A model generated the notes under the pieces. That model was not told the DNA's origin. It did not search any database and saw only the letters and a program-made list of their open reading frames with translations. Made by a program: the position numbers and the translations under genes. A stretch of 64,000 bases of DNA from an uncultured Erysipelotrichaceae bacterium (lineage in GTDB: Bacteria > Bacillota_I > Bacilli_A > RFN20 > CAG-826), in assembly GCA_902802905.1 (NCBI GenBank), contig CADCNT010000002.1, positions 79,879 through 143,878 of the forward strand, given 5' to 3'. How positions within the stretch are numbered: the first letter of the stretch is position 1; the number at the start of each line of letters is the position of its first letter. Below are positions 46,690 through 56,264 of the stretch, piece after piece.

Positions 46690-47192
46690 AGAACAATGAC
46701 AACTTAAAAGGTTTTATTAAAATCTCTCAAGAACAACTCAAAATCGTTATTAAATATTATGGTGATAATTTGAAACACACTCAATTCCAAGATTGTCATC
46801 TCTTATATATCGGAAATATGAACAATGTGGTCATTAAGAAATTTGTTCAAGACAAATATGCATATCTCAATACCAAATATAACGATTGGTTAATTGAACC
46901 AGCCGAAATCATTGAAGAGAAGAGATTCATTCCAGTCAAAACCAAAATGGTTGAGATGAAAGCACATCCACCATATATCGATAAGGATGGAACATATCCA
47001 ATGCCACTTGAAGATGAGAACATTGCCGAGAAGATAAAAGCTGCAATGGATGAAGTTCTCAAACCTTATGAAGAAGATGAAGAGAATCTAAAGGTCGATG
47101 TTGGCGAAGTGAATCAAGAACCGATGACTGAACAAGGATTCAACATCACATTCCAGATTCTTGTTTGGAAGAAGGAGACTGCCAAAGCATGA
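46686..47192 (+). CDS. Hypothetical phage protein
   Basis: 168-aa ORF, ATGA overlap with the recombinase gene. Confidence 0.5.
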   Translation: MKNNDNLKGFIKISQEQLKIVIKYYGDNLKHTQFQDCHLLYIGNMNNVVIKKFVQDKYAYLNTKYNDWLIEPAEIIEEKRFIPVKTKMVEMKAHPPYIDKDGTYPMPLEDENIAEKIKAAMDEVLKPYEEDEENLKVDVGEVNQEPMTEQGFNITFQILVWKKETAKA

Positions 47193-47416
47193 GTGCCAAA
47201 AGAAGATTACTAACCAACCTTCTCTTACCAACTATGATGTTAGGAATGATGGGTGCAAATACCTATAATGACATTCCTAAAGAACCAAAGAGTCCACCAA
47301 GACCAAAAGGTTACACTCCTAAAGGTAAGACTGATGAAGAACGAATCCAACATAAACTTCATCAAAAGAAAATCAAGGCAAGAAGAAATGCCAGAAGGAG
47401 AAAACCTAGAAGATGA
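47189..47416 (+). CDS. Hypothetical small basic protein
   Basis: ATG 47189 in an ATGA overlap. The C-terminus is very basic (KKIKARRNARRRKPRR). Confidence 0.4.
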   Translation: MSAKRRLLTNLLLPTMMLGMMGANTYNDIPKEPKSPPRPKGYTPKGKTDEERIQHKLHQKKIKARRNARRRKPRR

Positions 47417-47676
47417 AAGACAAAGAAGATGAAGATTACTTGACCATAGTTATTGGTCGAGAAGAAGATGACTACATTCCACCGAAAGCAACGGTTGGTG
47501 AAATAATCAGTGACATAATCTCAATCGTTCTTCACATTCTAGTTCTTCTCTCAATTATCTCCATATGGGTTATATTCTTCATCAATAGAAAATTCATATG
47601 GATTCCAGTCGGAACATTCATTCTTCTACTTCTTATATCCTTAATTAAAAAGGGTATAGATGGACCAAGTGGATAG
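47413..47676 (+). CDS. Hypothetical small membrane protein
   Basis: 87 aa with two hydrophobic helices. Confidence 0.45.
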   Translation: MKDKEDEDYLTIVIGREEDDYIPPKATVGEIISDIISIVLHILVLLSIISIWVIFFINRKFIWIPVGTFILLLLISLIKKGIDGPSG

Positions 47677-47699
47677 AATATTTAGACAAAACATTTCAG

Positions 47700-47801
47700 T
47701 TGACATGGGCTTATAAACTGTCAAATTCATATAAGTATCATATATACATAGTATATAAAGTCATAGTGTCAACATAACTCTAACAACACCGAATTTGACA
47801 T
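47700..47801. promoter_or_regulatory. Intergenic array of four TTGACA(T)/TGTCAA hexamers upstream of the late-regulator operon
   Basis: TTGACAT at 47700, TGTCAA at 47719, TGTCAA at 47767, TTGACAT at 47795. The layout is mirror-like. Confidence 0.35.
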
Positions 47802-47830
47802 AATTCATAAAAAAGAAAGGAAAAAATGAT

Positions 47831-48298
47831 ATGAAAAACATTACATTAAATAGACTCATAGAACATATCAAGTCTACTAATGAAGATGGCAAGTACGATG
47901 AATTGATTAACGATATCGATTCGTGGATCACTGCCACAAAAGAAAACAAAGCTGCCAACACTAAACCACGAAAGATTAAAGAGAACAATCCTACCACGAA
48001 TGAAATCTCTAATGATGATAAAGAACCTAAAGACAAACTAACGATTGTCGATAAGAACAACATTCCTCAAGGTGAGTTCATCAACATTGATATGGTCAAA
48101 GCACTTGCCGAATCATTTGCCGAAGAAACTAGACAAGAGATTGATGGCATCGATAAAGAACTGAAAGAGTTGGTGTCTCCAACATCCAAGTTTATGTTCG
48201 TGACCGAGAAGATGAACAAGAGTCATTATCTCCAAGGTCAACTCTCTGGAATCTATGGGTTGTTAAAAAGAGTCGATGACAAATTCAACAACGATTAA
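47831..48298 (+). CDS. Hypothetical phage protein
   Basis: 155-aa ORF with an AAAGGAAAAAA RBS. Confidence 0.5.
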   Translation: MKNITLNRLIEHIKSTNEDGKYDELINDIDSWITATKENKAANTKPRKIKENNPTTNEISNDDKEPKDKLTIVDKNNIPQGEFINIDMVKALAESFAEETRQEIDGIDKELKELVSPTSKFMFVTEKMNKSHYLQGQLSGIYGLLKRVDDKFNND

Positions 48299-48626
48299 GG
48301 TAGAGTTCTATCGAAACTACATCTTCCTTCAAGCACTCATCAATGATTGTTATCTTCAGTTAAAACACTCGACCAATGATACCGAGAAAGTTGGTGTCGA
48401 AAAGAAACTGAATAACTACCTTGAGAGAAAAGAAAAATACGATAAAACTCTTATCCAAATTAAGAAGGTTTGTAGTGATTCCGAGTTCAAAGTTTTCTAT
48501 TATCATTATTTCCAAGGTTTTTCACTCTCCGAGACTGCAAGAAAAATGCACTACTCCAAAGGAGGAATAACCAAAATACTAAACAAAATCAATCGTAAAG
48601 TGGGGACAATTTGTATACCGGGTTAA
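48276..48626 (+). CDS. Putative late-gene transcriptional activator (sigma-70 region-4 / ArpU/RinA-like HTH)
   Basis: 116 aa. The C-terminus FYYHYFQGFSLSETARKMHYSKGGITKILNKINRKV resembles sigma region 4. Position immediately upstream of the packaging genes. Confidence 0.5.
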   Translation: MTNSTTIKVEFYRNYIFLQALINDCYLQLKHSTNDTEKVGVEKKLNNYLERKEKYDKTLIQIKKVCSDSEFKVFYYHYFQGFSLSETARKMHYSKGGITKILNKINRKVGTICIPG

Positions 48627-48646
48627 CATTGACTCGGTTTTTCTTT
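48617..48646 (+). terminator. Intrinsic terminator after the late-regulator gene
   Basis: ACCGGGT-taacattg-ACTCGGT (7 bp, one G-U pair) followed by TTTTCTTT. The stop codon sits in the loop. Confidence 0.5.
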
Positions 48647-48751
48647 ATATGGTATCTATCTTAATGTCGAAGTTGAGTCCATGTGGAGGTGTTGCTACGA
48701 ATTATTCACGATGGTTCTTCTTTGACGCCAATTCTTTTATCGGAGGAACAA

Positions 48752-49063
48752 ATGCCCGGAAGTCCAAAGAGAGATAAGTTCTATCATTCAACTGCATGGA
48801 AGAAATGCCGAGAACAAATCATTATCTCTCGTTACCAACTTTGTGAGAAGTGTGGGAAGAAAGGAACTGAAGTGCATCACATCATTCCACTAACTGATGA
48901 GAATGTAGATGATCCAATGATTAGTCTTAATCCAGAGAATCTTATGTTGCTTTGTAAAGAGTGCCACGATTCGATAAGACTTGAGGAATCAATGGTCAAT
49001 TATGTTGGAGTTCGTGGTGATGTTTCGTTCGATGCTCAAGGGAATATTATATTTAAGAAATAA
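48752..49063 (+). CDS. HNH endonuclease (terminase-associated)
   Basis: CEKCGKKGTEVHHIIPL...NLMLLCKECHD. GGAGGA RBS before ATG 48752. Confidence 0.85.
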   Translation: MPGSPKRDKFYHSTAWKKCREQIIISRYQLCEKCGKKGTEVHHIIPLTDENVDDPMISLNPENLMLLCKECHDSIRLEESMVNYVGVRGDVSFDAQGNIIFKK

Positions 49064-49315
49064 TGTTCCACACGAAATGGCATAGGGGGGGTTGAAAATT
49101 CGAAAAAAGGTCGATTTTTGACACCGGGTGTGGACCACAAAAATATATATTCCAAAAATGGATAAAAAAGGACAAATGAGAGGAAATTTGAACAAATTTC
49201 AGCAACTAACTCCATCTTCATTAGAATCTCCTTATTTATAACTAAATACTAGCTGAAGTTGGTTGCTTAAAATTGTTGGAAAATCGTAGATCAAAAATTT
49301 ATAAAGGAGGAGTCT
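49064..49315. other. Non-coding gap between HNH and terS: candidate cos region
   Basis: 252 nt without a credible ORF. Locally GC-rich elements: a G7 run at 49085-49091 and the palindrome ACACC-G-GGTGT at about 49121-49131. Confidence 0.35.
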
Positions 49316-49825
49316 ATGGCTGGGAGAAAACCGAAAGTCACTGGAAGTGGTCATCGTACCAAAAAGGAAAAGTCGGCTTATAAAGAGATGACTGAATCTC
49401 TCCGTACTCCAAGCACTATGCCTTGTCCGAAATGGTTGACCAAACAAGGTCAACAAATCTTCCGTAAGTTGAAGAAGCAGTATAACGAGATGCCCGGCAA
49501 TCCGTTATGTAATCTTGATATCACTCCATTGGCGGTTCTTGCTAATGCGATGGATATATATATTGAAGCTCATAAGGAGTTTGTAGAAGGTGGATCACAT
49601 CTAACCGTAATACAAATTTCAAAGGGCAGTGAAAAAGAGGTCATCAATCCACTTGTTAAAACAATGAATGAACAAGCTGCGATTGTAGCCAAGTTGTCCG
49701 ACCAACTATGTCTCACTCCAATCGGTAGAATGAGAATGGGTGTCAATGCATCAAAAACACCGAAAGATGAATTCTTGGATATCTTCAATGATCCAGATGA
49801 AAACGAAGATGTGGATGATGGCTAA
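49316..49825 (+). CDS. Terminase small subunit (P27 family)
   Basis: MAGRKPKVTG... N-terminus and LCLTPIGRMRMG C-terminal motif, typical of the P27 family. Confidence 0.8.
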   Translation: MAGRKPKVTGSGHRTKKEKSAYKEMTESLRTPSTMPCPKWLTKQGQQIFRKLKKQYNEMPGNPLCNLDITPLAVLANAMDIYIEAHKEFVEGGSHLTVIQISKGSEKEVINPLVKTMNEQAAIVAKLSDQLCLTPIGRMRMGVNASKTPKDEFLDIFNDPDENEDVDDG

Positions 49826-51498
49826 TGAACTATGTCTCTCAATACATTGATGCAATTGAGTCTGGAACAATAGTTGTTGGAAAACGAATTAAGCAGTTCT
49901 ACTGCGGAATCATCAAACCAATTATCAATGGGTTAGATGATAAATATTACTTCGATGAAAGACCGGGAAACCGATTCATCAAGTTTGCCGAAACCTTGTG
50001 TAGACAAAGCAAAGGCAAGTGGAGAGGTCAAACTCTCAAACTGATGCTATTTCAAAAGGCAAAATACCAATGTCTTTTTGGAATAAAACATAGAGATACC
50101 AAACTCCGTAGATTCACTGAAGTGTTCGATTTAAGAGGTCGAAAAAATGGTAAGTCGGAAGAGAATGCAGTTCTTGGTTTGTATCTCCTTGCTGAAGAAG
50201 CTGGTGCTGAAGTGTATGCCGCTGCAAACACTCTCAAACAAGCACGAAGAATCTTCGAAGAAGCGAGGTCGATGATTAACAAAGATAAGTATCTCCAAAA
50301 ACACTATTCCGCTAGATCATTTCCAAACGAGGAAATTCTTCTAAAGGAACGAGACTCTTATTTTAGAGTCTTATCTTCAAATCTAGATGCTTTAGATGGT
50401 TTGAACTGCTCATTCGGTGTTATCGATGAAATTCATGCCGGAAGTTCGAGAGATATCTACGATTTGTTAAAACAAGCTACATCAGTTCGTGATGAACCGT
50501 TAATCAGTTTAATCACTACTGCTGGAGATAAAAGAGGTGGTTTATTCGATGATGAATACGAACTCTCCATCAAAATTCTCGAAGGAACAATCGAGGGTTG
50601 TGAATGGTTAATGCCATTACTCTATGAACTCGATGACAAAAACGAGATTGACAATGAATCTTGTTGGATCAAAGCGAATCCAACACTCGGAACAATCAAA
50701 TCGTTCAAATTCATTCGAGATGAACTTGAGAGAGCAAAAGGAGACCAGAATGCACTCCGCTCTATCAAGATTAAAGACTTTAACTTAATCGAATCATCCG
50801 CGGTTGCATGGTTGTCTGGTGAAACTATTGCCAATCACCATGTTTACACTGATGAAGAATTAAGAAAGTTCGACAATTCCGTAGTCATTGGTGGATATGA
50901 CTTATCTAGAACAAATGACTGCACCGCATTCACCACATTAGTCTTTGACAAAGAAAACCAAAGAATAATCGCATTGACCAAATATTGGATCACTGAAGAA
51001 TTCCTTGATTCTCCAGAAGCAAAGGCAAGTAAAGTTCCTTGGAAAGCATGGATAGATAGAGGTTTGGTTTCTATCTCCGGGAAGAATCTTATAGACTACC
51101 GAGATATTGCCAAATATGTCTACGATATGTTCCAAGAACACGGATGGTATTATTACCGAATCAATTACGATGCTTATTCAGCGGCATATCTTGTTCAAGA
51201 ACTTGCATCGTATGGATTCCAAGAAGGTAGTTGCCAAATCAAGACTCAACAAGGGTTTAAGACTCTCTCAATTCCAATGCGAGAAATGGAATCGCTTCTT
51301 AAATCTAAAATGTTGTGTTATCAAAACAATCCAGTTACTGCTTGGATGTTCTCCAATGTAGAACTCGTTAAAGATAGAAACGATAACTGGATGCCAAGAA
51401 AAGCTGGAGATAAACGAGCAAATAAAATCGATGGTCCAGCCACTATCTTAAATGCCTTGGTCTCATTTTGTGAGTCTAAAGCATATTACTTATCGTAA
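49825..51498 (+). CDS. Terminase large subunit
   Basis: 557 aa. ATPase region (GRKNGKSE, GVIDEIHA) and a C-terminal nuclease region. Confidence 0.9.
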   Translation: MNYVSQYIDAIESGTIVVGKRIKQFYCGIIKPIINGLDDKYYFDERPGNRFIKFAETLCRQSKGKWRGQTLKLMLFQKAKYQCLFGIKHRDTKLRRFTEVFDLRGRKNGKSEENAVLGLYLLAEEAGAEVYAAANTLKQARRIFEEARSMINKDKYLQKHYSARSFPNEEILLKERDSYFRVLSSNLDALDGLNCSFGVIDEIHAGSSRDIYDLLKQATSVRDEPLISLITTAGDKRGGLFDDEYELSIKILEGTIEGCEWLMPLLYELDDKNEIDNESCWIKANPTLGTIKSFKFIRDELERAKGDQNALRSIKIKDFNLIESSAVAWLSGETIANHHVYTDEELRKFDNSVVIGGYDLSRTNDCTAFTTLVFDKENQRIIALTKYWITEEFLDSPEAKASKVPWKAWIDRGLVSISGKNLIDYRDIAKYVYDMFQEHGWYYYRINYDAYSAAYLVQELASYGFQEGSCQIKTQQGFKTLSIPMREMESLLKSKMLCYQNNPVTAWMFSNVELVKDRNDNWMPRKAGDKRANKIDGPATILNALVSFCESKAYYLS

Positions 51499-51515
51499 AG
51501 AAAGGAGTGTCAATA

Positions 51516-52721
51516 ATGGGTTGGTTAACAAATGTATGGAATGCCATCACTGGTAAAAAAACAACGGTCAAACCATCTAAAGTCAATCTAGTAGGATTCT
51601 TGGATTCACTCTCTGGAAGCAGTGATGTTACATTGTCATCTACATATATGTCATGTGTTAATTGTCATGCTAGACACTTCTCTAAAATATTACCTACTCA
51701 CTACTTTGGAAAAGATATTTCAAAGAGTAAACATAATAATTATCTACTTCAACTCCAACCTAATGACTACCAAACTGCACCTACTCTTTGGAAGTCAGTT
51801 GCCTTCAACTACTTCTTTGGAAGTGTGGCAATTTTATGGTTGGAATTTGATTATTCAAATCTTGCTGAACCACTTAAATCTATTTGGTCATTAGATGTTG
51901 ATGCCAATCAAATAAGGGTGTTTATTAGCGAAGAAGGAAAACAATATTGTTCGTTCTCCATAAATGGTCAAGTTCATTATGTTGCCGCCGAAGATTTGAT
52001 TATCTTACAAAGAGAAGTTGATTTGTCATCTTTGTTTGGTGGAAGGTCTAAAGCAATTGATGCTTCAATCAAGGCATTAAATACATCTTATAAGGGATTA
52101 GAAAAAGCAGTTGAACAATCTCAACTCATTAGATTCTTAATCACTGGTAATGCACCAGCTAATGCGGCAGTTAAAGAAGAAAGACAAAAAGAATATTCCG
52201 AACAATTATTTAAGAATCAAGATGGTGTCGCATATGTGACCGGCGGAGACAAAATCCAAGAAGTTACATCGAATGGAAAATATCCACTATCACCAGAACT
52301 TGAATCATTAAAGAAAGACATTTACGAATATCAAGCAGTCACTTCCGAAATTGTTCAAGGCAAATATAACGAAGATGAATTCCAAGCATATTGGGAATCA
52401 ACACTCGAACCACTTGCAAACGAACTTGCAGTAGCATTAACAATTAAATTGTTCAGTAGAAGAGAAATCTCACAAGGAAATGTTATTCATATCCAGAGTG
52501 ATAGAGTGCAAACTGCATCACTCAAAACAAGACTCAATATGGCAAATTTATTAAGACAACTTCCAATAGTTGTTGAAAATGACATCCTTGCCTTATTGTA
52601 CTTAAAACCAGTTGAAGGAGGAGATGAACCACAAGTTAATCTCTCATTCATAAAACAAAAGGATCAAAGCCAATATCAAGTTGGTGGAGAAGATAATCCC
52701 GGAGAGGGAGAAGGAGAATAG
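51516..52721 (+). CDS. Portal protein (HK97 family)
   Basis: About 400 aa, directly after terL. AAAGGAG sits 8 nt before ATG 51516. Confidence 0.85.
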   Translation: MGWLTNVWNAITGKKTTVKPSKVNLVGFLDSLSGSSDVTLSSTYMSCVNCHARHFSKILPTHYFGKDISKSKHNNYLLQLQPNDYQTAPTLWKSVAFNYFFGSVAILWLEFDYSNLAEPLKSIWSLDVDANQIRVFISEEGKQYCSFSINGQVHYVAAEDLIILQREVDLSSLFGGRSKAIDASIKALNTSYKGLEKAVEQSQLIRFLITGNAPANAAVKEERQKEYSEQLFKNQDGVAYVTGGDKIQEVTSNGKYPLSPELESLKKDIYEYQAVTSEIVQGKYNEDEFQAYWESTLEPLANELAVALTIKLFSRREISQGNVIHIQSDRVQTASLKTRLNMANLLRQLPIVVENDILALLYLKPVEGGDEPQVNLSFIKQKDQSQYQVGGEDNPGEGEGE

Positions 52722-52722
52722 T

Positions 52723-53490
52723 ATGGAAAATGAAAATTTGACTCCAAAACCATTTATCCGAGACACCGATTACCATCGTTTATTACAAGTAAGAAGTGTT
52801 GAACCAGCCGAAGAGAAAAAAGAAGAAATGATTCTCGAAGGTAGAGCGGTTGTCTTTAACGAAGAAATCGAACTCTTCTCATTTGTTGATTTTGATGGCG
52901 AAAGAGTCATCGTAAAAGAATCAATCGATGAACATGCCTTGGATAAAACTGATTTTGATGGTTGCTTTTTGAAATTTAACCATAGTGACCAAGTATTTCC
53001 ACTAGCTAGATGTAAAAATGGCACATTAGAAATCAGTATCAAAGAAGATGGTGCTTATATTCGTGCGAAGTTAGCCGATATTCAAGCATCTCGTGATTTA
53101 TATACTCTAGTGAAAGAGGGTATCATCGACAAAATGTCATTTGCTTTCACAATTAAAGAGGAAGAAAGGGTTGAGACCGTTACTACTGATGATGATGGCA
53201 TCACTACAAGAACCATTGTCTATCGTGTCAAAGATATTGACAAAATGTACGATGTCGCAGCGGTTAACAATCCAGCATACGATAATACATCTATCGCAGT
53301 AGCAAGAATGGAAGATGTTCCACAAATCTATGCTCGAAGGAAAGGCGATGTGGAGTCACGCATTTCCGAGGTGGAGACCGAATTAAAGCAAAAGAAGGAA
53401 CAAGAAGCCAAAGAGTTACTCGAAAGAGAAAAATCGGAAGCACTTCAAATCGTTGAAAATATGCTAAACGGAGGTAATCCAGATGAATAA
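52723..53490 (+). CDS. Prohead protease (HK97/S78 family) with a C-terminal coiled-coil (scaffold-like) segment
   Basis: LEGRAVVFNEEIEL...FLKFNHSDQVFPLAR...MSFAF. Lies between portal and capsid. Confidence 0.8.
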   Translation: MENENLTPKPFIRDTDYHRLLQVRSVEPAEEKKEEMILEGRAVVFNEEIELFSFVDFDGERVIVKESIDEHALDKTDFDGCFLKFNHSDQVFPLARCKNGTLEISIKEDGAYIRAKLADIQASRDLYTLVKEGIIDKMSFAFTIKEEERVETVTTDDDGITTRTIVYRVKDIDKMYDVAAVNNPAYDNTSIAVARMEDVPQIYARRKGDVESRISEVETELKQKKEQEAKELLEREKSEALQIVENMLNGGNPDE

Positions 53491-54631
53491 GCGTTTTCAA
53501 GAAATTAGAGATAGAGTCTCGGAACTAAAAGACTTAATCACGAATTCCTCCGATATCGAAGAGGTTCGTAAGTATCGTTCCGAACTTGATGCTCTACAAA
53601 CTGAACTCACTACTCTCTCTAGTGAGGAACATGCAAAGAGAGAAATTCAATCGAAAGGAAAAGAAATTGTCATGGAAAAAGAAATGTCCAGAAAAGAAAG
53701 ACTTGCTCTTGCTCTCGGTTTAGTTGCTCGTGGCAAAAGACCAGATGAAGAACAAACTCGTGCATTAGGTAATGCATTAACCACAACTGCTACAACTTAT
53801 GTTGAAGCAACTAGTGGTGCAAACGGTGTCAATAATGGCGGTGTCATGATTGCCACTGATATTCTCTTTGATTTATTAAGAGAAGAAAAACTTTTAACAC
53901 CAATTCTTGAAGATATCCTCTTCACCAATGTTAAAGGTTTAGTCAAATTCCCATATCGTTATCAAAGAGATGCAGCCAAGAAAAAAGTCGAGGGTGCAGC
54001 TCCCGGTGATAACCAAATGGAATGGAAAGTTCTCGAAGGTTCTATCGGTAGACTTCAAATCACCATCAAAGTTACTGATGAATTAGAAGAAATGACCGAT
54101 ATCGATTTCGGTCAATACATCGCCACTCAAATCATGCAAGATTTAGGTGAAGATTGGGGTGAATCAGTCATTTATGGTTCTGGTTCAAATAACGAAATCA
54201 AAGGTGTCTCCATCGGTGCTTTAACAACTAATATCAGTTCATATGCCGCCGGCAAAGAACTCGAAACATTAGAAAAAGCAGTTAAATTACTCGCTGGTTC
54301 AAAGAGAAAAGGTGCGAAAGTTTATTGCTCTCAATCCTTCTTCGATGGTCTTGCATTTGCGAAAGATGACAATGGCAACTACATCTATGGTGTTGGTGGT
54401 CAAGGTCCAAAACAATTCGCAAACTGCCCAGTAGTTGTTGATGAAACATTACATGCTGGTGACTTCCTCGTTGGTAATGTTGCCAAGAACTACAAAGCGA
54501 ACTTATTAACTGGTCTCAAGTTCGAAAAAGATAGAGACATTGAAAAAGGCATCACAACTTATGTTGCTAAAGTCAGTGCCGCTGCCGCACCAGTTCCAAA
54601 TGCATTTGCATTCGGTAGTAAAGCTGCCTAG
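53483..54631 (+). CDS. Major capsid protein (HK97 fold) with an N-terminal delta domain
   Basis: 382 aa. Coiled-coil N-terminus followed by a capsid core. Assigned by position. Confidence 0.85.
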   Translation: MNKRFQEIRDRVSELKDLITNSSDIEEVRKYRSELDALQTELTTLSSEEHAKREIQSKGKEIVMEKEMSRKERLALALGLVARGKRPDEEQTRALGNALTTTATTYVEATSGANGVNNGGVMIATDILFDLLREEKLLTPILEDILFTNVKGLVKFPYRYQRDAAKKKVEGAAPGDNQMEWKVLEGSIGRLQITIKVTDELEEMTDIDFGQYIATQIMQDLGEDWGESVIYGSGSNNEIKGVSIGALTTNISSYAAGKELETLEKAVKLLAGSKRKGAKVYCSQSFFDGLAFAKDDNGNYIYGVGGQGPKQFANCPVVVDETLHAGDFLVGNVAKNYKANLLTGLKFEKDRDIEKGITTYVAKVSAAAAPVPNAFAFGSKAA

Positions 54632-54649
54632 TCAAGAGAGGTAACAATC

Positions 54650-55102
54650 ATGGGAAAGATTTGTGATAGTATCAATAGAATTCTCGTTGCCAATGGCGGA
54701 GAAAAAGTCGATGGATCAAAAGGCGAATGTGTTCGTGCTTTAATCTATCAATTAGAAGGTGTCACAATTCCATCCTCAAAAGAATCTCTCGGAGATATCC
54801 TCGAATACTGGGCTGATTTAGAAGAAGGAATCGCAAAGACTTCCTTTGTATGCAAGTCTGGTTCAACTGATGTCACTCCAACATCTATTACTTTGAAGAA
54901 AGGTAGTACCGTTGGTTCTGGTGATGAAGTTGCAGTCGATACGGATGGAACATACCATCTTGCGCAAGGTAGTTATAACTACTCAATCGTTGCCGAAGGT
55001 TACAACACAAAAACTGGCACATTCAATGTCAGTGCAAGTGATGTTAAATCTGGCACAAAATCAGTTGCAGTCGAATTAGTAGCTGCATCTAGTCAACTTT
55101 AA
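54650..55102 (+). CDS. Hypothetical head-associated protein (possible Ig-like decoration domain)
   Basis: 150 aa. The C-terminal half is beta-rich (GTYHLAQGSYNYSIVAEGYNTKTGTFNVSA). Confidence 0.45.
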   Translation: MGKICDSINRILVANGGEKVDGSKGECVRALIYQLEGVTIPSSKESLGDILEYWADLEEGIAKTSFVCKSGSTDVTPTSITLKKGSTVGSGDEVAVDTDGTYHLAQGSYNYSIVAEGYNTKTGTFNVSASDVKSGTKSVAVELVAASSQL

Positions 55103-55123
55103 TGAAAATAGGAGGTAATCGTA

Positions 55124-55426
55124 ATGATAAAGCAAATTTTAACTGCTGATGAAGTAAAAGAAGCAATCTATGTTGATGCTGATTTTTCTACTGACCAAGC
55201 AAACGCATTATCTCAATCGGTTACCTCCTATATCAAGCAAATCACTGGATATGATTGGTCAGCTGATAAAGAGATAGAGCCACTTGCTAAACAATGTGCA
55301 AAAATGCTTTGTTTACAATTCTATTACAATAATGGAGACAACTATAAACCAGAGTATGACATGCATGTTGGTGCAACTGCACTACTCGAACATCTAAAAG
55401 ATATTGCGAGGTCGAAGAAAAAATGA
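55124..55426 (+). CDS. Head-tail connector (gp6-like)
   Basis: LTADEVKEAIYVDADFSTDQANALSQSVTSYIKQITGYDW is typical of gp6-like adaptors. Confidence 0.65.
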   Translation: MIKQILTADEVKEAIYVDADFSTDQANALSQSVTSYIKQITGYDWSADKEIEPLAKQCAKMLCLQFYYNNGDNYKPEYDMHVGATALLEHLKDIARSKKK

Positions 55427-55818
55427 GTGGTTTATTCAAATATCAAGATAAGAATCGATTGATTAGAATCTATCGACAAAGACCGATTCGTTGGAAAAAT
55501 GAGTATGGTCAAGGTCAATACTTGAACAAACACTACATTCATCCTAAAGACAAATTCATTCATGCTTGTGTTCAACAAGTAAGAGCAAATGTCTATGATG
55601 ACAAGACCGCCAACATTCCAGCTGATAGATTCCAATTTGTTATTGGATATCGAAAACTCGATGAAGGTCAATATTACATCGAATTTAATAATGAGACATA
55701 TAAGGTCATTGAAATTGACCAATATGATATGAGAAAAACCGAAATAAAAATCGTTTGTCAAAAAATATCGGTGGATGACACGATTTATAAAAAAGTCTCT
55801 TATGAAAGGTGGGATTAA
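55423..55818 (+). CDS. Head closure protein
   Basis: 131 aa. Assigned from position and the ...FVIGYRKL...YKVIEID... pattern. Confidence 0.5.
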   Translation: MSGLFKYQDKNRLIRIYRQRPIRWKNEYGQGQYLNKHYIHPKDKFIHACVQQVRANVYDDKTANIPADRFQFVIGYRKLDEGQYYIEFNNETYKVIEIDQYDMRKTEIKIVCQKISVDDTIYKKVSYERWD

Positions 55819-55820
55819 CA

Positions 55821-56252
55821 ATGGGATCAGTTATTGATACATATGTAAATACACAAAAAGAGATTGAGGAAATTCTCGACAAACTCAAATTTAGGAACGG
55901 AGATTTACTCCGAGATGATGAACTAAAAGGATTAACTAAAGAAACGGTTGTCTATTGGTTCAACAAACCAGAAATCACCGATACGAAAAGAGCAGTTATT
56001 ATCAGTATCGTGGACAATGTACCTAATAACATTGGACTTGCCGATAATCAAGTTGCCTTTAGAGAAATGTATGCTTTCATCAATGTTCTAACTTCAAAAA
56101 AGAATACTGATCCAAAGTTAATGACAATTCTCAAAAAAATCGAGAATGGATTTATCACAAAAGGATGGAAATTCTCGATGAATCGTGCCGCTGACTACGA
56201 TTCTTCAAGTGAAAGAACTACATGGTCTTTCTTGGTCAGCAAACTAATTTAG
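55821..56252 (+). CDS. Neck/tail completion protein (putative)
   Basis: 143 aa. Assigned by position only. Confidence 0.4.
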   Translation: MGSVIDTYVNTQKEIEEILDKLKFRNGDLLRDDELKGLTKETVVYWFNKPEITDTKRAVIISIVDNVPNNIGLADNQVAFREMYAFINVLTSKKNTDPKLMTILKKIENGFITKGWKFSMNRAADYDSSSERTTWSFLVSKLI

Positions 56253-56264
56253 GAGGAATAACCT

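Noticed and set aside
49553-49562. (AT)5 inside terS as a further switch
   Set aside because: It is short and in frame (encodes DIYI) in an essential packaging gene. It is listed only as the next-longest dinucleotide run, for comparison.
55432-55821. 129-aa minus-strand ORF almost exactly co-extensive with the head-closure gene
   Set aside because: It mirrors the plus-strand gene within a uniformly plus-strand late operon. Its Ile/Phe/Asn-rich composition is typical of antisense AT-rich frames.
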